The position numbers and the translations under genes were made by a program. 64,000 bases of DNA from Chitinophagales bacterium (GTDB lineage: Bacteria; Bacteroidota; Bacteroidia; Chitinophagales; JADIYW01), in NCBI GenBank assembly GCA_020636545.1, contig JACJXS010000010.1, forward strand, positions 9,611 through 73,610, given 5' to 3'. The notes beneath the pieces were generated by a model, which saw only the letters and a list, made by a program, of their open reading frames with translations, made no database searches and was not told where the DNA came from. This document shows, in pieces, positions 31,481 through 40,541 of this stretch. The stretch's first letter is position 1, and each line of letters starts with the position of its first letter.

Positions 31481-31521
31481 AATGCAGAAACATCTAAATC
31501 AATTTTATAAAATATATCATT

Positions 31522-32790
31522 ATGACACCTGAAAAAATTACAATTAAAGATGGGAAATTAGTAGTTCCAAACAATCCAATAATTCCATATATTGAAGGCG
31601 ATGGAACTGGTCCTGACATCTGGAAAGCATCTGTAAAAGTTTTTGATGCCGCAGTAGAAAAAGCCTATAACGGAACGAGAAAAATAAATTGGATTGAAGT
31701 ACTTTCTGGGGAAAAAGCTTTTAAACAGACTGGCGAATGGTTGCCTAACGATACACTAACAACAATACAAGAACATTTAATTGCAATTAAAGGACCTTTG
31801 ACTACTCCAGTTGGTGGTGGTATTCGTTCTTTGAATGTGGCGCTTAGACAAATTTTAGATTTATATGCATGTGTACGACCTGTTCGTTATTTCAATGGTG
31901 TTCCTTCCAATTCAAAAGTTCCTGACCAAGTAGATATGGTTATTTTCAGAGAAAATACTGAAGATATTTATGCTGGAATCGAATGGTTGGCTGGCACTCC
32001 AGAGGCTAATAAAATCATTCAATTTTTGAAAGATGAGATGAATGTTACTACAAAAATTCGTTTCCCAGAATCATCTTCTATTGGAATAAAACCAGTATCT
32101 AAAGAAGGAACAGAGCGTTTAGTACGTTCTGCTTTAGAATATGCTGTAAAACACAACAGAAAATCTGTAACCTTGGTACACAAGGGAAATATTATGAAAT
32201 TTACTGAAGGTAAGTTTAAAGAATGGGGTTATCAGTTAGCTGAAAAAGAATTTGGTGATAAAGTTTTCACTTGGGTTCAATATGATAAAATTGCAGTAGA
32301 AGATGGAACTTCTGAAGCAAATGAAGCGATGAAACAAGCCATTGCCGAAGGCAAAATCATTATTAAAGATGCTATTGCTGACAACTTCTTACAACAAATT
32401 ATTCTTAGACCAGATGAATACGATGTTGTTGCAACATTGAACTTAAATGGCGACTACATTTCAGATGCATTAGCTGCATTAGTGGGTGGAATTGGTATTG
32501 CTCCAGGTGCAAACATCAACTATGTAACAGGAATGGCAATCTTTGAAGCAACACACGGAACTGCTCCAAAATATGCTAACCAAGACAAAGTTAATCCGAG
32601 TTCCTTAATTCTGAGCGGTGTGATGATGTTAGAATTTATGGGTTGGACTGAAGCTGCCAACTTAATAGTTAAAGGTATGGAACAATCTATAGAAAATAAA
32701 ACGGTAACTTACGATTTTCATAGATTGATGGATAATGCAACTTTATTAAAATGCTCTGAATTTGGAGATGCAATTATAAAAAGTTTTTAG
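31522..32790 (+). CDS. icd: NADP-dependent isocitrate dehydrogenase
   Basis: 422 aa; [25 protein letters not shown] and [26 protein letters not shown]. Confidence 0.95.
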   Translation: MTPEKITIKDGKLVVPNNPIIPYIEGDGTGPDIWKASVKVFDAAVEKAYNGTRKINWIEVLSGEKAFKQTGEWLPNDTLTTIQEHLIAIKGPLTTPVGGGIRSLNVALRQILDLYACVRPVRYFNGVPSNSKVPDQVDMVIFRENTEDIYAGIEWLAGTPEANKIIQFLKDEMNVTTKIRFPESSSIGIKPVSKEGTERLVRSALEYAVKHNRKSVTLVHKGNIMKFTEGKFKEWGYQLAEKEFGDKVFTWVQYDKIAVEDGTSEANEAMKQAIAEGKIIIKDAIADNFLQQIILRPDEYDVVATLNLNGDYISDALAALVGGIGIAPGANINYVTGMAIFEATHGTAPKYANQDKVNPSSLILSGVMMLEFMGWTEAANLIVKGMEQSIENKTVTYDFHRLMDNATLLKCSEFGDAIIKSF

Positions 32791-32810
32791 TAAGGTTCAG
32801 ATACTAAATA

Positions 32811-32837
32811 AAAAAGGCTGCCTATAGCAGCCTTTTT
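32811..32837. terminator. bidirectional terminator between convergent icd and mdh
   Basis: A5-GGCTGC-CTATA-GCAGCC-T5. Confidence 0.7.
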
Positions 32838-32856
32838 CTATTCTATAAAACAATAA

Positions 32857-33789
32857 TTAGATTACTGTTTTTAAAACATCATTCATCGCTCTAACAGCGT
32901 CAGCACTTTTATTAAAAGCAGCTTGTTCTTCTTCGTTTAATTGATAATCTAATATTTTTTCCCATCCATTTTTACCAATTACAACAGGAACACCCATACA
33001 AATATCAGATTGTCCGTATTCGCCTTCTAAAGCAACACTACAAGTAACAACTTTTTTCTCATCTCTCAACACTGCTTCAACAAGAGAAGCTCCAGCAGCA
33101 CCCGGTGCATACCAAGCAGAAGTCCCAATTAACTTAGTTAAAGTAGCACCACCAACCATTGTATCAGCAGCAACTTTATCTAAAGTTTCTTTGTCTAATA
33201 AAGATGTAACTGGAACACCATTTAAGTTAGCTAATCTTGTAAGTGGAATCATTGTTGTATCGCCATGACCACCAATAACAGCAGCATTCAAATCAGAAGC
33301 TGAACAGTTTAAAGCTTGAGATAAATAGTATTTAAAACGGCTACTATCTAATGCTCCACCCATTCCAATAATTCTATTTTTAGGAATACCCGTAGATTTC
33401 AATGTCAAATAAGTCATAGTATCCATTGGATTAGAGATAATAATAAAAATAGCATTTGGAGAATATTTTAAAATATTTTCTGCCACACCTTTTACAATAC
33501 CTGCGTTAGTTCCGATTAATTCTTCACGAGTCATTCCTGGTTTTCTAGGAAGTCCTGAAGTTACTACAACAACATCACTGTTGGCAGTTTTAGAATAATC
33601 ATTGGTAGAACCCGTGATTTTTGTATCAAATCCTAATAAATGTGCTGTTTGCATCATATCCATAGCTTTACCATCTGTAAAACCATCTCTGATGTCTAAC
33701 ATTACTAATTCTGTGCACAATTCTTTACGAGCAATATTATCTGCACAAGTTGCACCAACTGCGCCTGCTCCTACTACTGTTACTTTCAT
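32857..33789 (-). CDS. mdh: malate dehydrogenase (LDH-like type)
   Basis: MKVTVVGAGAVGATCA Rossmann fold, GLPRKPGMTREEL and IGGHGDTM blocks. Confidence 0.95.
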   Translation of the reverse strand: MKVTVVGAGAVGATCADNIARKELCTELVMLDIRDGFTDGKAMDMMQTAHLLGFDTKITGSTNDYSKTANSDVVVVTSGLPRKPGMTREELIGTNAGIVKGVAENILKYSPNAIFIIISNPMDTMTYLTLKSTGIPKNRIIGMGGALDSSRFKYYLSQALNCSASDLNAAVIGGHGDTTMIPLTRLANLNGVPVTSLLDKETLDKVAADTMVGGATLTKLIGTSAWYAPGAAGASLVEAVLRDEKKVVTCSVALEGEYGQSDICMGVPVVIGKNGWEKILDYQLNEEEQAAFNKSADAVRAMNDVLKTVI

Positions 33790-33940
33790 TTTGTATTATT
33801 TTTTTATGTAAACTGAAAAATTAAATTTCAATACAAATATACAAAAACATTGATGTTCAACAAGAATATTTCATTCATTTTAGATTAACTATAAGTTATG
33901 CAGGTATTTATTACAATAGGAATAAGTTAAAATAAAAACA

Positions 33941-34369
33941 TTAATAATTTCTAAAGCTAAACATTTCTTTAAAGTCTATAAGTCTTAGCTGTTTAAAATT
34001 ATTTGCATAATATTTTATATATTCACTTATAGGTAATGCGATTAGGTTTATAAAATGAATGTCTTTTTGTTCTAATAAATAATCTTCCAACCACGGATAT
34101 TCTTCCTTCAATTTTATACCATTATCTGCACCTGATATGAACATTGAAAGCCACTTTGCCTCTTCAAAATCAGTGCAAATAAGCCCTTGTTTTAGATTTT
34201 CTGCTTTATGTAATCTTAAAGTATAAATATCTTTCCCGTCAATGATTAAATGATGGGTTTGGAAATAGCAACACTTTTCATTCAATGAAAAACTAAAATC
34301 AATAAAGGGCTCCATAGCTGTTATTAATTTATTTTCAAAATCATTTAGTTTTTCAAATGCAAAAATCAT
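33941..34369 (-). CDS. hypothetical protein (no recognisable motif)
   Basis: 142-aa ORF located 33 nt downstream of res on the same strand. It is very AT-rich (14/60 G+C in a hand-counted sample), unlike the R-M genes. Confidence 0.4.
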   Translation of the reverse strand: MIFAFEKLNDFENKLITAMEPFIDFSFSLNEKCCYFQTHHLIIDGKDIYTLRLHKAENLKQGLICTDFEEAKWLSMFISGADNGIKLKEEYPWLEDYLLEQKDIHFINLIALPISEYIKYYANNFKQLRLIDFKEMFSFRNY

Positions 34370-34402
34370 ATATTGTTTTTTTGTTTGTAGAAATAGACTA
34401 CT

Positions 34403-36916
34403 CTACGACATCAGTTCATTTATTTTGTTCTGCCATTCGTCCTCAAACACAACTTGAAATTGAAAGTCGTGGTCGGGAAATTCGTCAAAGAGTTCTTTCC
34501 ACGCTTTTTTTGCTCCCAATTCATTGCATAAAGCAAATACGTCTTGTTTGTATTTTGTATCCTCATTTCTTAAATGAATACCTTTTGTTTCCAACACATA
34601 AACAGTTCCATAATCATCTTTATCCGCTTGTTTATCTGTTGCGATAAAGTCAGGATAAATTTTGTTGCGTTTCCAACCCTGTATGTGGTAATCTTGTCTG
34701 CTCATATTGCGATACCACCACAATAGTTTTTCTTGTTCGTCCAAATAAATGGCTACCGACTTTTCAAGGTCGTTGATGTTTTCTTCGGGAACGTAGTCAA
34801 ACAATGATTTTTGAATAGGCGTATTATCGTTACGCACTAATTGTTTGTTGCTTTTTACTTTTATTCTTGATGGCAATACAAATCCGCCTTTATTTTCAAT
34901 CAGAAAAAAACAAAGTTTTTTATCGGTAATCATTTTTCTAAAAACCTGTTCAGATAAGCGGTTACGTTCTTTATCCAAAATCTTTTTCAGTTCTTCTATG
35001 ATGAAAACGAAATTTGTAGCAACCGTTTCACTGTCGTATTTCTGTTGCAATAGACTAATCGCTTTTTTACCAATTTGGAAACAATACCAAGGATTAGGAA
35101 CAATTTCAGTTATCTGTCTTGTCAGAAAAACTTCGTCTATTTCCAATGTTCCTGTTTTTTCTGCTCTGCCTGTTTCTTGTAGTAATTCCTTTTCTTCGTT
35201 GCTTAATCCCAAAACAATTTCCTGTTCTTTACTCAATTTGTTTTGCAAAGAGAGATTTGCAATTTCATCAATGTTAATATCTTCCCAATCAATATCACTT
35301 AAAATATCAACTTCAAAATTAAGGTTTCGCCAATTTTCCGTTTCCTGAACAACGAATTTGGGTAGATAAATTTTCCCTTCAAATTTTTTAAAGCCTGGAC
35401 GATATTGCATTTCACGTTCTCTTAAACCGCCAGTATCTGTTCCTGCTTCATCGCTTACAATTCTTCCAGCAATGTCGCCCAATCCTTCATCTTCCAATCC
35501 TTTCTTGATGTCGCTTACCAACGATTTTGCATTTTGACGGAACGTAAAAACGTAACACTCGTCCAAATCCTGCACTTTGGTTTTTCGTGCGAATGGTTGT
35601 CGTAAAATACGACCGACCAACTGCGTAATGCCTGTTGCGGAACTTGGATTTGTAAGAACGGTAAGCACATACGCAAACGAACAATCCCAACCCTCTTGTA
35701 AGGCTTGTTTGGTAATGATATAGCGTATTTCGCAATCTTGTGCAAACAAATCTATTCCCTCAATATCGTCTTTTTCACTTGATTTGATAGCAATATGGCT
35801 TTCAGGGATATTACATTTTTTGATTAAATATTCTTTCACATCTTCTGCATGAATAAATTTTTTATCTCGTTGGTCTTTTCCTGTCCGCTCTACCTGTATC
35901 AAGCAAATCGGACGAATATATTCGCCTGTATTGGCTTCGTATTCTTTGGCTTTATTCTCTAAATCGTTTCGTTTCTCAAAACTTGCCAATAATGTATCTT
36001 CCCAATCCAAACTTGTTTTGTTGGTTAAGTGAATATCCAACTTTATCATTTCTTCTTCGTGCAATTCCCTTCCTGTAATTTTTACTAACTCATTGCTATT
36101 TGGCGGTGGTGTTGCAGAAAGTTCAAGAATAAATGACGGATTGAAATTTCGGATTGTGTTCCTCGCATTTTCACCATAAGCACGGTGTCCTTCATCAATA
36201 ACCACAAGCGGACGTAACACTTTCAAGGTATTGCCCAACGAAGTTTTTATTTGCGTTCCGAATACTTCCATTTCGGTTGTGAAACAATCCAAATTCGGAA
36301 GTAATTCTTTCAGTTTTTTATGCCCTTCAAAATCATCTTCTCTGGGGAAAAAATCTGTAAATCCGCCTTGGTCACGGAATACTTTCAGCGTTTCTTTATT
36401 TTGACGGTTTGCAGACGGCAACATTAACACTAAAACCACCAAATGTTCTTCCACATCAAGGCGATTAAACATTTCTGTTTTCTCTTTTATCAATGTTCTG
36501 CCACCACTCGAAATATCCAAAACCTGTCTGTATGGGTGATTGCGGTCTTTTAATGCTTTTATGGTTTGGCGGTAAATTTGTGTGGACGGCACAACCCAAA
36601 GCACTAAACCTGTTTGTTTTTTGAGGTATGTTTTTTGAATACTGTCAATAGCGTGGCAAGCCAACAAGGTTTTTCCGCCACCTGTCGGTACTTTCAGGTA
36701 AATATCGGGCATAGGTTCGTCTAAGCCGTTTGTTTTAGAACTATAAACAATACGCCCTGTTGATTTTTCCCAAGCCTCTTTCGGGAAATTAATATGTTTT
36801 GCCAAATGCGGTTTGAGTTCGGCAATTTCTTCAAACTCTTTTTTCGCATCAGACAAAGCACCCAAATAATCTTTGAGTTCCTTTAAAACTTTATCCTGAT
36901 AGTGCTTTAATCTCAT
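34403..36916 (-). CDS. res: Type III restriction enzyme Res subunit (SF2 helicase + C-terminal PD-(D/E)xK nuclease)
   Basis: Walker A VPTGGGKT, DEAH-like VIDEGHRAY, ELSATP and motif VI QLVGRILRQ. C-terminal nuclease-like YPDFIAT...VLETKG. Confidence 0.85.
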   Translation of the reverse strand: MRLKHYQDKVLKELKDYLGALSDAKKEFEEIAELKPHLAKHINFPKEAWEKSTGRIVYSSKTNGLDEPMPDIYLKVPTGGGKTLLACHAIDSIQKTYLKKQTGLVLWVVPSTQIYRQTIKALKDRNHPYRQVLDISSGGRTLIKEKTEMFNRLDVEEHLVVLVLMLPSANRQNKETLKVFRDQGGFTDFFPREDDFEGHKKLKELLPNLDCFTTEMEVFGTQIKTSLGNTLKVLRPLVVIDEGHRAYGENARNTIRNFNPSFILELSATPPPNSNELVKITGRELHEEEMIKLDIHLTNKTSLDWEDTLLASFEKRNDLENKAKEYEANTGEYIRPICLIQVERTGKDQRDKKFIHAEDVKEYLIKKCNIPESHIAIKSSEKDDIEGIDLFAQDCEIRYIITKQALQEGWDCSFAYVLTVLTNPSSATGITQLVGRILRQPFARKTKVQDLDECYVFTFRQNAKSLVSDIKKGLEDEGLGDIAGRIVSDEAGTDTGGLREREMQYRPGFKKFEGKIYLPKFVVQETENWRNLNFEVDILSDIDWEDINIDEIANLSLQNKLSKEQEIVLGLSNEEKELLQETGRAEKTGTLEIDEVFLTRQITEIVPNPWYCFQIGKKAISLLQQKYDSETVATNFVFIIEELKKILDKERNRLSEQVFRKMITDKKLCFFLIENKGGFVLPSRIKVKSNKQLVRNDNTPIQKSLFDYVPEENINDLEKSVAIYLDEQEKLLWWYRNMSRQDYHIQGWKRNKIYPDFIATDKQADKDDYGTVYVLETKGIHLRNEDTKYKQDVFALCNELGAKKAWKELFDEFPDHDFQFQVVFEDEWQNKINELMS

Positions 36917-36931
36917 TGTCTGTACCGTTGA

Positions 36932-37366
36932 TTAGTTTGATTTTTTAATTTTGTTGATTTGTTGTTTTGCTAATTTGTGTTCATTGGTAATACGTTTAAA
37001 TTCTATACTTTTTGAACCGAAGTTGATTAACAAACCTGTTTCCATTCGATATGCCTCCAAATAGTTTAAGGCTTGTGCCAAATGAGTATCTTCTAATTTT
37101 GATACTGCTTTTAACTCTACCATTATTTTTTCTTCAACAAAAAAATCTACTCTCCTTGTTCCTACGTCAATTTCTTCATAATAGATAGTCATCTCTAATT
37201 CTCTGGCAAATCTCAATCCTTGCTTTTCCATTTCAATAGCCAAACACCGTTGATAAATTACTTCCTGAAAACCATTACCCAAAGTGCTGTGAACTTTCAT
37301 AGCACAACCTATAATCCTTCCAGTCAGGTCAGAATACTTATACTTTTCATTCACAATTTCTTTCAT
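36932..37366 (-). CDS. GxxExxY protein (PD-(D/E)xK-like small protein)
   Basis: GNGFQEVIY (GxxExxY) near the N-terminus and a VDFFVEEKIMVELK core. The ATG at 37366 lies 2 nt after the mod stop. Confidence 0.8.
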   Translation of the reverse strand: MKEIVNEKYKYSDLTGRIIGCAMKVHSTLGNGFQEVIYQRCLAIEMEKQGLRFARELEMTIYYEEIDVGTRRVDFFVEEKIMVELKAVSKLEDTHLAQALNYLEAYRMETGLLINFGSKSIEFKRITNEHKLAKQQINKIKKSN

Positions 37367-37368
37367 AA

Positions 37369-38988
37369 TCAACGGTTAAGACGGTATATTTCGTATGGTA
37401 ATTGGCAAAAATCAATGCGATATTCCAAGCAAGTGTAATCATCCACATACTTGGCTGGTGCAAAAACCAAACGCTGTTTTTCTTTGAATTTTGGTAGTGT
37501 TTTACATTGGTCTAATGTCAAAGCATTTTGTTTGAGCCATTCTATGTCGTCTTTATAAAACAGATATACATCATAGTTTTTGCTTTCGCCTATAAAGCCT
37601 GTTTTTGTGTCCATATCTTTCTCGTTAAATTCTTCGCCTGTAGCGGTGTAGAAAAGATAACGTGCAAACTCTATGAAAGACGGTAAATTTTGTCCTCTCA
37701 ACAAACTTTCCATTTCTATGGTTTTGCCCAATTCAAAATAGCTGAACGTTCCGCCTGTTCCTTTTTTTAGTAATTCACTTTTGGCTGTTGGTACGCCTTT
37801 GATTACTCTGCGAACTCGTTCTGCTGTGATAGTGTTGGCGTAGTCTTCCTGCTCTACCAAAATAAATTTTCTGTTACCTCCATCTTCTTTGTTGAGTGCT
37901 AAAACTGCGTGTGCGGTTGTGCCTGAACCTGCGAAACTGTCGAGGACAATGTCGCTTTCGTTGGTTGCTAATGTGATTATTCTTTTAATCAGTTCAACAG
38001 GTTTTGGTGTTGCAAATAAATTATCTCCAAACAATTCTTTGATTGGCTTTTTTGCATCATCATTACTTCCAACTTCGTTGTATAACCAAATTGATTTTGA
38101 TGTAACTCCTTCTTTCATTTCTGAAAGAAATTTTTTCATTCTTGGAACTGCATCGCCTTTTACACCAAACCAAATTCTATTTTCTTCATCTGCTTTTTTG
38201 AGCGTTTCAATAGAATATCTTGGAAATGTTCCTGAAGGCGGTTGCCATTCAACGCCATTTTGGAATTTGAAAGTATAGGTTGTGTCTGTTCCACTTTTAG
38301 CATGTAGAGGTTGCGTCATCCAATCGCCTCTTGAGTCATTATCTTGATTTGAATATCGTTCATTTTGTTCGTCAGTTCTTGAAAGTAAGTTTAAAGCAAA
38401 ACCTGTTTTTACTTCTCCTTCAATTTTGTTCTTTGCATAGCAAATAATAAAATCGTGTGTGTCCGAAAAATATTTAGCATCATTACTTTGAGTATATTTC
38501 TTTTGCCAAATGATATTTTGAATAAAATTTTGTTGTCCAAAAACCTCATCAAGCAACACTCTCAAATTATGTTGTTCGTTATCATCACAAGAAATAAAAA
38601 TTGCACCATCTTCGCTCAATAATTCACGCAACAATTTTAGGCGTGGCATCATCAGGCAAAGCCATTTGTCGTGGCGTGTCATATCTTCCTTATCCACCAC
38701 ACTGCCCAACCATTCTTTTATCATCGGGCTGTTTACGTTATCGTTATATACCCAATTTTCGTTTCCTGTGTTGTAAGGCGGGTCTATGTAAATACACTTT
38801 ACTTTTCCTGCATAAGTAGGCAATAGTGCTTTTAATGCTTTCAGGTTATCGCCTTGTACTATCAGGTTATCGTGCAAAGAAACTTTGTCCGTAAGGCTTA
38901 ATTCTGCCTTTGGCACTAATTGGTGGTACTTTACCGCCAAGTAGTGGTTTTGCACAAATGTTTTTCCTTTAAAATTAAGTGTCGGCAT
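37369..38988 (-). CDS. mod: Type III Mod-like beta-class N6/N4 DNA methyltransferase
   Basis: Motif IV IDPPYNTG at about aa 69 precedes AdoMet motif I DSFAGSGTTAHAV at about aa 350, with a ~280-aa variable region between them. Confidence 0.9.
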   Translation of the reverse strand: MPTLNFKGKTFVQNHYLAVKYHQLVPKAELSLTDKVSLHDNLIVQGDNLKALKALLPTYAGKVKCIYIDPPYNTGNENWVYNDNVNSPMIKEWLGSVVDKEDMTRHDKWLCLMMPRLKLLRELLSEDGAIFISCDDNEQHNLRVLLDEVFGQQNFIQNIIWQKKYTQSNDAKYFSDTHDFIICYAKNKIEGEVKTGFALNLLSRTDEQNERYSNQDNDSRGDWMTQPLHAKSGTDTTYTFKFQNGVEWQPPSGTFPRYSIETLKKADEENRIWFGVKGDAVPRMKKFLSEMKEGVTSKSIWLYNEVGSNDDAKKPIKELFGDNLFATPKPVELIKRIITLATNESDIVLDSFAGSGTTAHAVLALNKEDGGNRKFILVEQEDYANTITAERVRRVIKGVPTAKSELLKKGTGGTFSYFELGKTIEMESLLRGQNLPSFIEFARYLFYTATGEEFNEKDMDTKTGFIGESKNYDVYLFYKDDIEWLKQNALTLDQCKTLPKFKEKQRLVFAPAKYVDDYTCLEYRIDFCQLPYEIYRLNR

Positions 38989-38992
38989 ATCG

Positions 38993-39829
38993 TTAATTCT
39001 TCTGTTCGTTTTTGGATTTTAGAGATTTCTTTTTCTCGGTTTCTATTTTCTTGATACTATCTTCGCTTGGTAAATCTTCCGGCATCGTACCTCCTAATTC
39101 TTTAATGGTTTGCCGCACTTTCTTTCCTACTTCATAGTGTGTTTGGTTAGCCATTTGCTTACCTTTTATATTTTCCCGTTTCAGTTTTTCTTCTGTTTGT
39201 GTGGCACGGAATAGGTTGGCCGCCAACTCGGTACTTCCCATGTGGTCAAGTATGTTTTGGTTTTTCTTTAGTCCTTTTTTTGTGTGAATTTCTTTTGCCC
39301 CCAAACCATTATAAAGCCCCATATAACCGTGATTTTGAAAAACGGCATATTCCCAAGGCTGAATAACGCCAGCTTTTTTGGCTGCATCAGCCAAGTGCTT
39401 GTTGTGTTCAGCCATTTCCTTTCTGAGAAACAAACGTTTGTCCTCTTCGGAATTAAGTTTTCCAAATTGCTCTTCTAAAACTTCTTGTTTTCTTGTTTGA
39501 ATGGCAAAATAGGTTTGCCCCAAAGCAACTACTTCTTTTGAAGGGTCTGCATTTTGAACAATCAGGTAACAAGCGTATCTTGTGAGGTGAATATCACCAA
39601 TATCCCTCTTAGCTCCAGAACCAATTTCCACCAATTTCTCCATTCGGGGAAAATGGTCATCCGGCTCTTGTTCTGAGTTTTTACAAGCTTGTTTAGCTTT
39701 GTCAATTACATTAAGAAATTTATCCCATTTGATGTATTCCAACACCTCATACAATTCTCTTGCACTCCAATATTCCTGCCCAATTTCATTGATGTGTTTT
39801 ATTTTTTCAAATTTTGAATGAGCTCCCAT
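38993..39829 (-). CDS. dinD: DNA damage-inducible protein D (DinD) homologue
   Basis: Long blocks as I remember them from E. coli DinD: YWSAREL, GQTYFAIQTR, RLFLRKEM.EHNK, FQNHGYMGLYNGL, KGLKKNQNILDHMGSTELAANLFRATQTEEKLKR and GGTMPEDLP. Confidence 0.85.
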   Translation of the reverse strand: MGAHSKFEKIKHINEIGQEYWSARELYEVLEYIKWDKFLNVIDKAKQACKNSEQEPDDHFPRMEKLVEIGSGAKRDIGDIHLTRYACYLIVQNADPSKEVVALGQTYFAIQTRKQEVLEEQFGKLNSEEDKRLFLRKEMAEHNKHLADAAKKAGVIQPWEYAVFQNHGYMGLYNGLGAKEIHTKKGLKKNQNILDHMGSTELAANLFRATQTEEKLKRENIKGKQMANQTHYEVGKKVRQTIKELGGTMPEDLPSEDSIKKIETEKKKSLKSKNEQKN

Positions 39830-39830
39830 A

Positions 39831-40151
39831 TCATTTCTTTTTATTTTTCGTGATATACTTTACCTTTTCCTCTGCCACTTTCATTGCTTCTAATGCCAAA
39901 TCTTCGTCCTGCACTTCGTAAGCCAATTTGTCGGACAGCCAAGCAATGATTACGTCATTTTTCTGTTCCTTGTAAAAATCGGACAGTGCTTTTACCTGTT
40001 CCTTTGTCGGCATACGTTCATCACGTTCAATCTTGCTTAAAATAGTCGGATCAAGAGAAAGTTTTGCTCCAACTTCTCTAAGTAAAAGTCCTTTTGCTTC
40101 TCTCAATTCCCTTAATATTATCCCTATTGTTTTACTCACAGCTATTTTCAT
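39831..40151 (-). CDS. XRE-family helix-turn-helix regulator (candidate controller of the R-M operon)
   Basis: 106 aa; LRELREAKGLLLREVGAKLSLDPTILSKIERDER HTH. Its stop lies 1 nt before the dinD ATG. Confidence 0.8.
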   Translation of the reverse strand: MKIAVSKTIGIILRELREAKGLLLREVGAKLSLDPTILSKIERDERMPTKEQVKALSDFYKEQKNDVIIAWLSDKLAYEVQDEDLALEAMKVAEEKVKYITKNKKK

Positions 40152-40161
40152 TTTTTATGGT

Positions 40162-40171
40162 GTTCATGAAC
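40162..40171. promoter_or_regulatory. 10-bp perfect palindrome GTTCATGAAC just upstream of the HTH start (candidate operator)
   Basis: Self-complementary sequence 11-20 nt upstream of the HTH ATG (40149-40151, minus strand). Confidence 0.25.
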
Positions 40172-40220
40172 CGTATGCGATTTCAAATTTCTTGCTTTAT
40201 TTTGACTTGACAAATATTGG

Positions 40221-40228
40221 CAAATATA
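40221..40228 (-). promoter_or_regulatory. candidate -7 promoter element (TATATTTG on the minus strand) for the HTH-dinD-mod-res operon
   Basis: The plus-strand CAAATATA is the reverse complement of TAnnTTTG, about 70 nt upstream of the HTH start. Confidence 0.3.
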
Positions 40229-40280
40229 TGAAAGGAATTTTGTTTTGCTTGTTACTTTACTAAACTTTTTATCAACATTA

Positions 40281-40449
40281 AACCCGAATTATGCAATAGA
40301 TATTCTATTACAATCGAAAACGCCTGCAAAATATAACACTACGCTAACTTTTACTCATTCACCATAGAGGTTGCTATGTTTCAATCGCAAAAGTTAATAT
40401 TTTATTGGTGTTTTCAATTTCATAACGAATCCTATTGCATAATTCGGGT
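40281..40449. repeat. 19-bp perfect inverted repeat enclosing 131 bp
   Basis: AACCCGAATTATGCAATAG (40281-40299) and CTATTGCATAATTCGGGTT (40431-40449). There is no ORF of 60 aa or more inside. Confidence 0.8.
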
Positions 40450-40541
40450 TAAATTTATTGATTTATAATCTTGGAAACTCACAGTTACATTAGAGTAAAA
40501 CAAAAAAATATCTGTTGCTCAATTAACATCGAAGTACAAAA

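Noticed and set aside
34845-35348. Many ORFs of 60-170 aa lie antisense to, or out of frame with, long genes. Examples are 169-420, 959-1177, 27727-28071, 34357-34647, 34845-35348, 35487-35745, 37889-38278, 40033-40263, 46178-46618 and 61506-61790.
   Set aside because: They lie wholly inside well-supported genes on the opposite strand or in another frame. They have low-complexity Leu/Ser/Phe/Ile-rich translations typical of shadow ORFs in AT-rich DNA, and they carry no recognisable motifs.
37369-38988. Looked for simple-sequence repeats in mod that would make the Type III system phase-variable.
   Set aside because: I saw no homopolymer or short tandem repeat tract of notable length in the 5' region or the body of mod.
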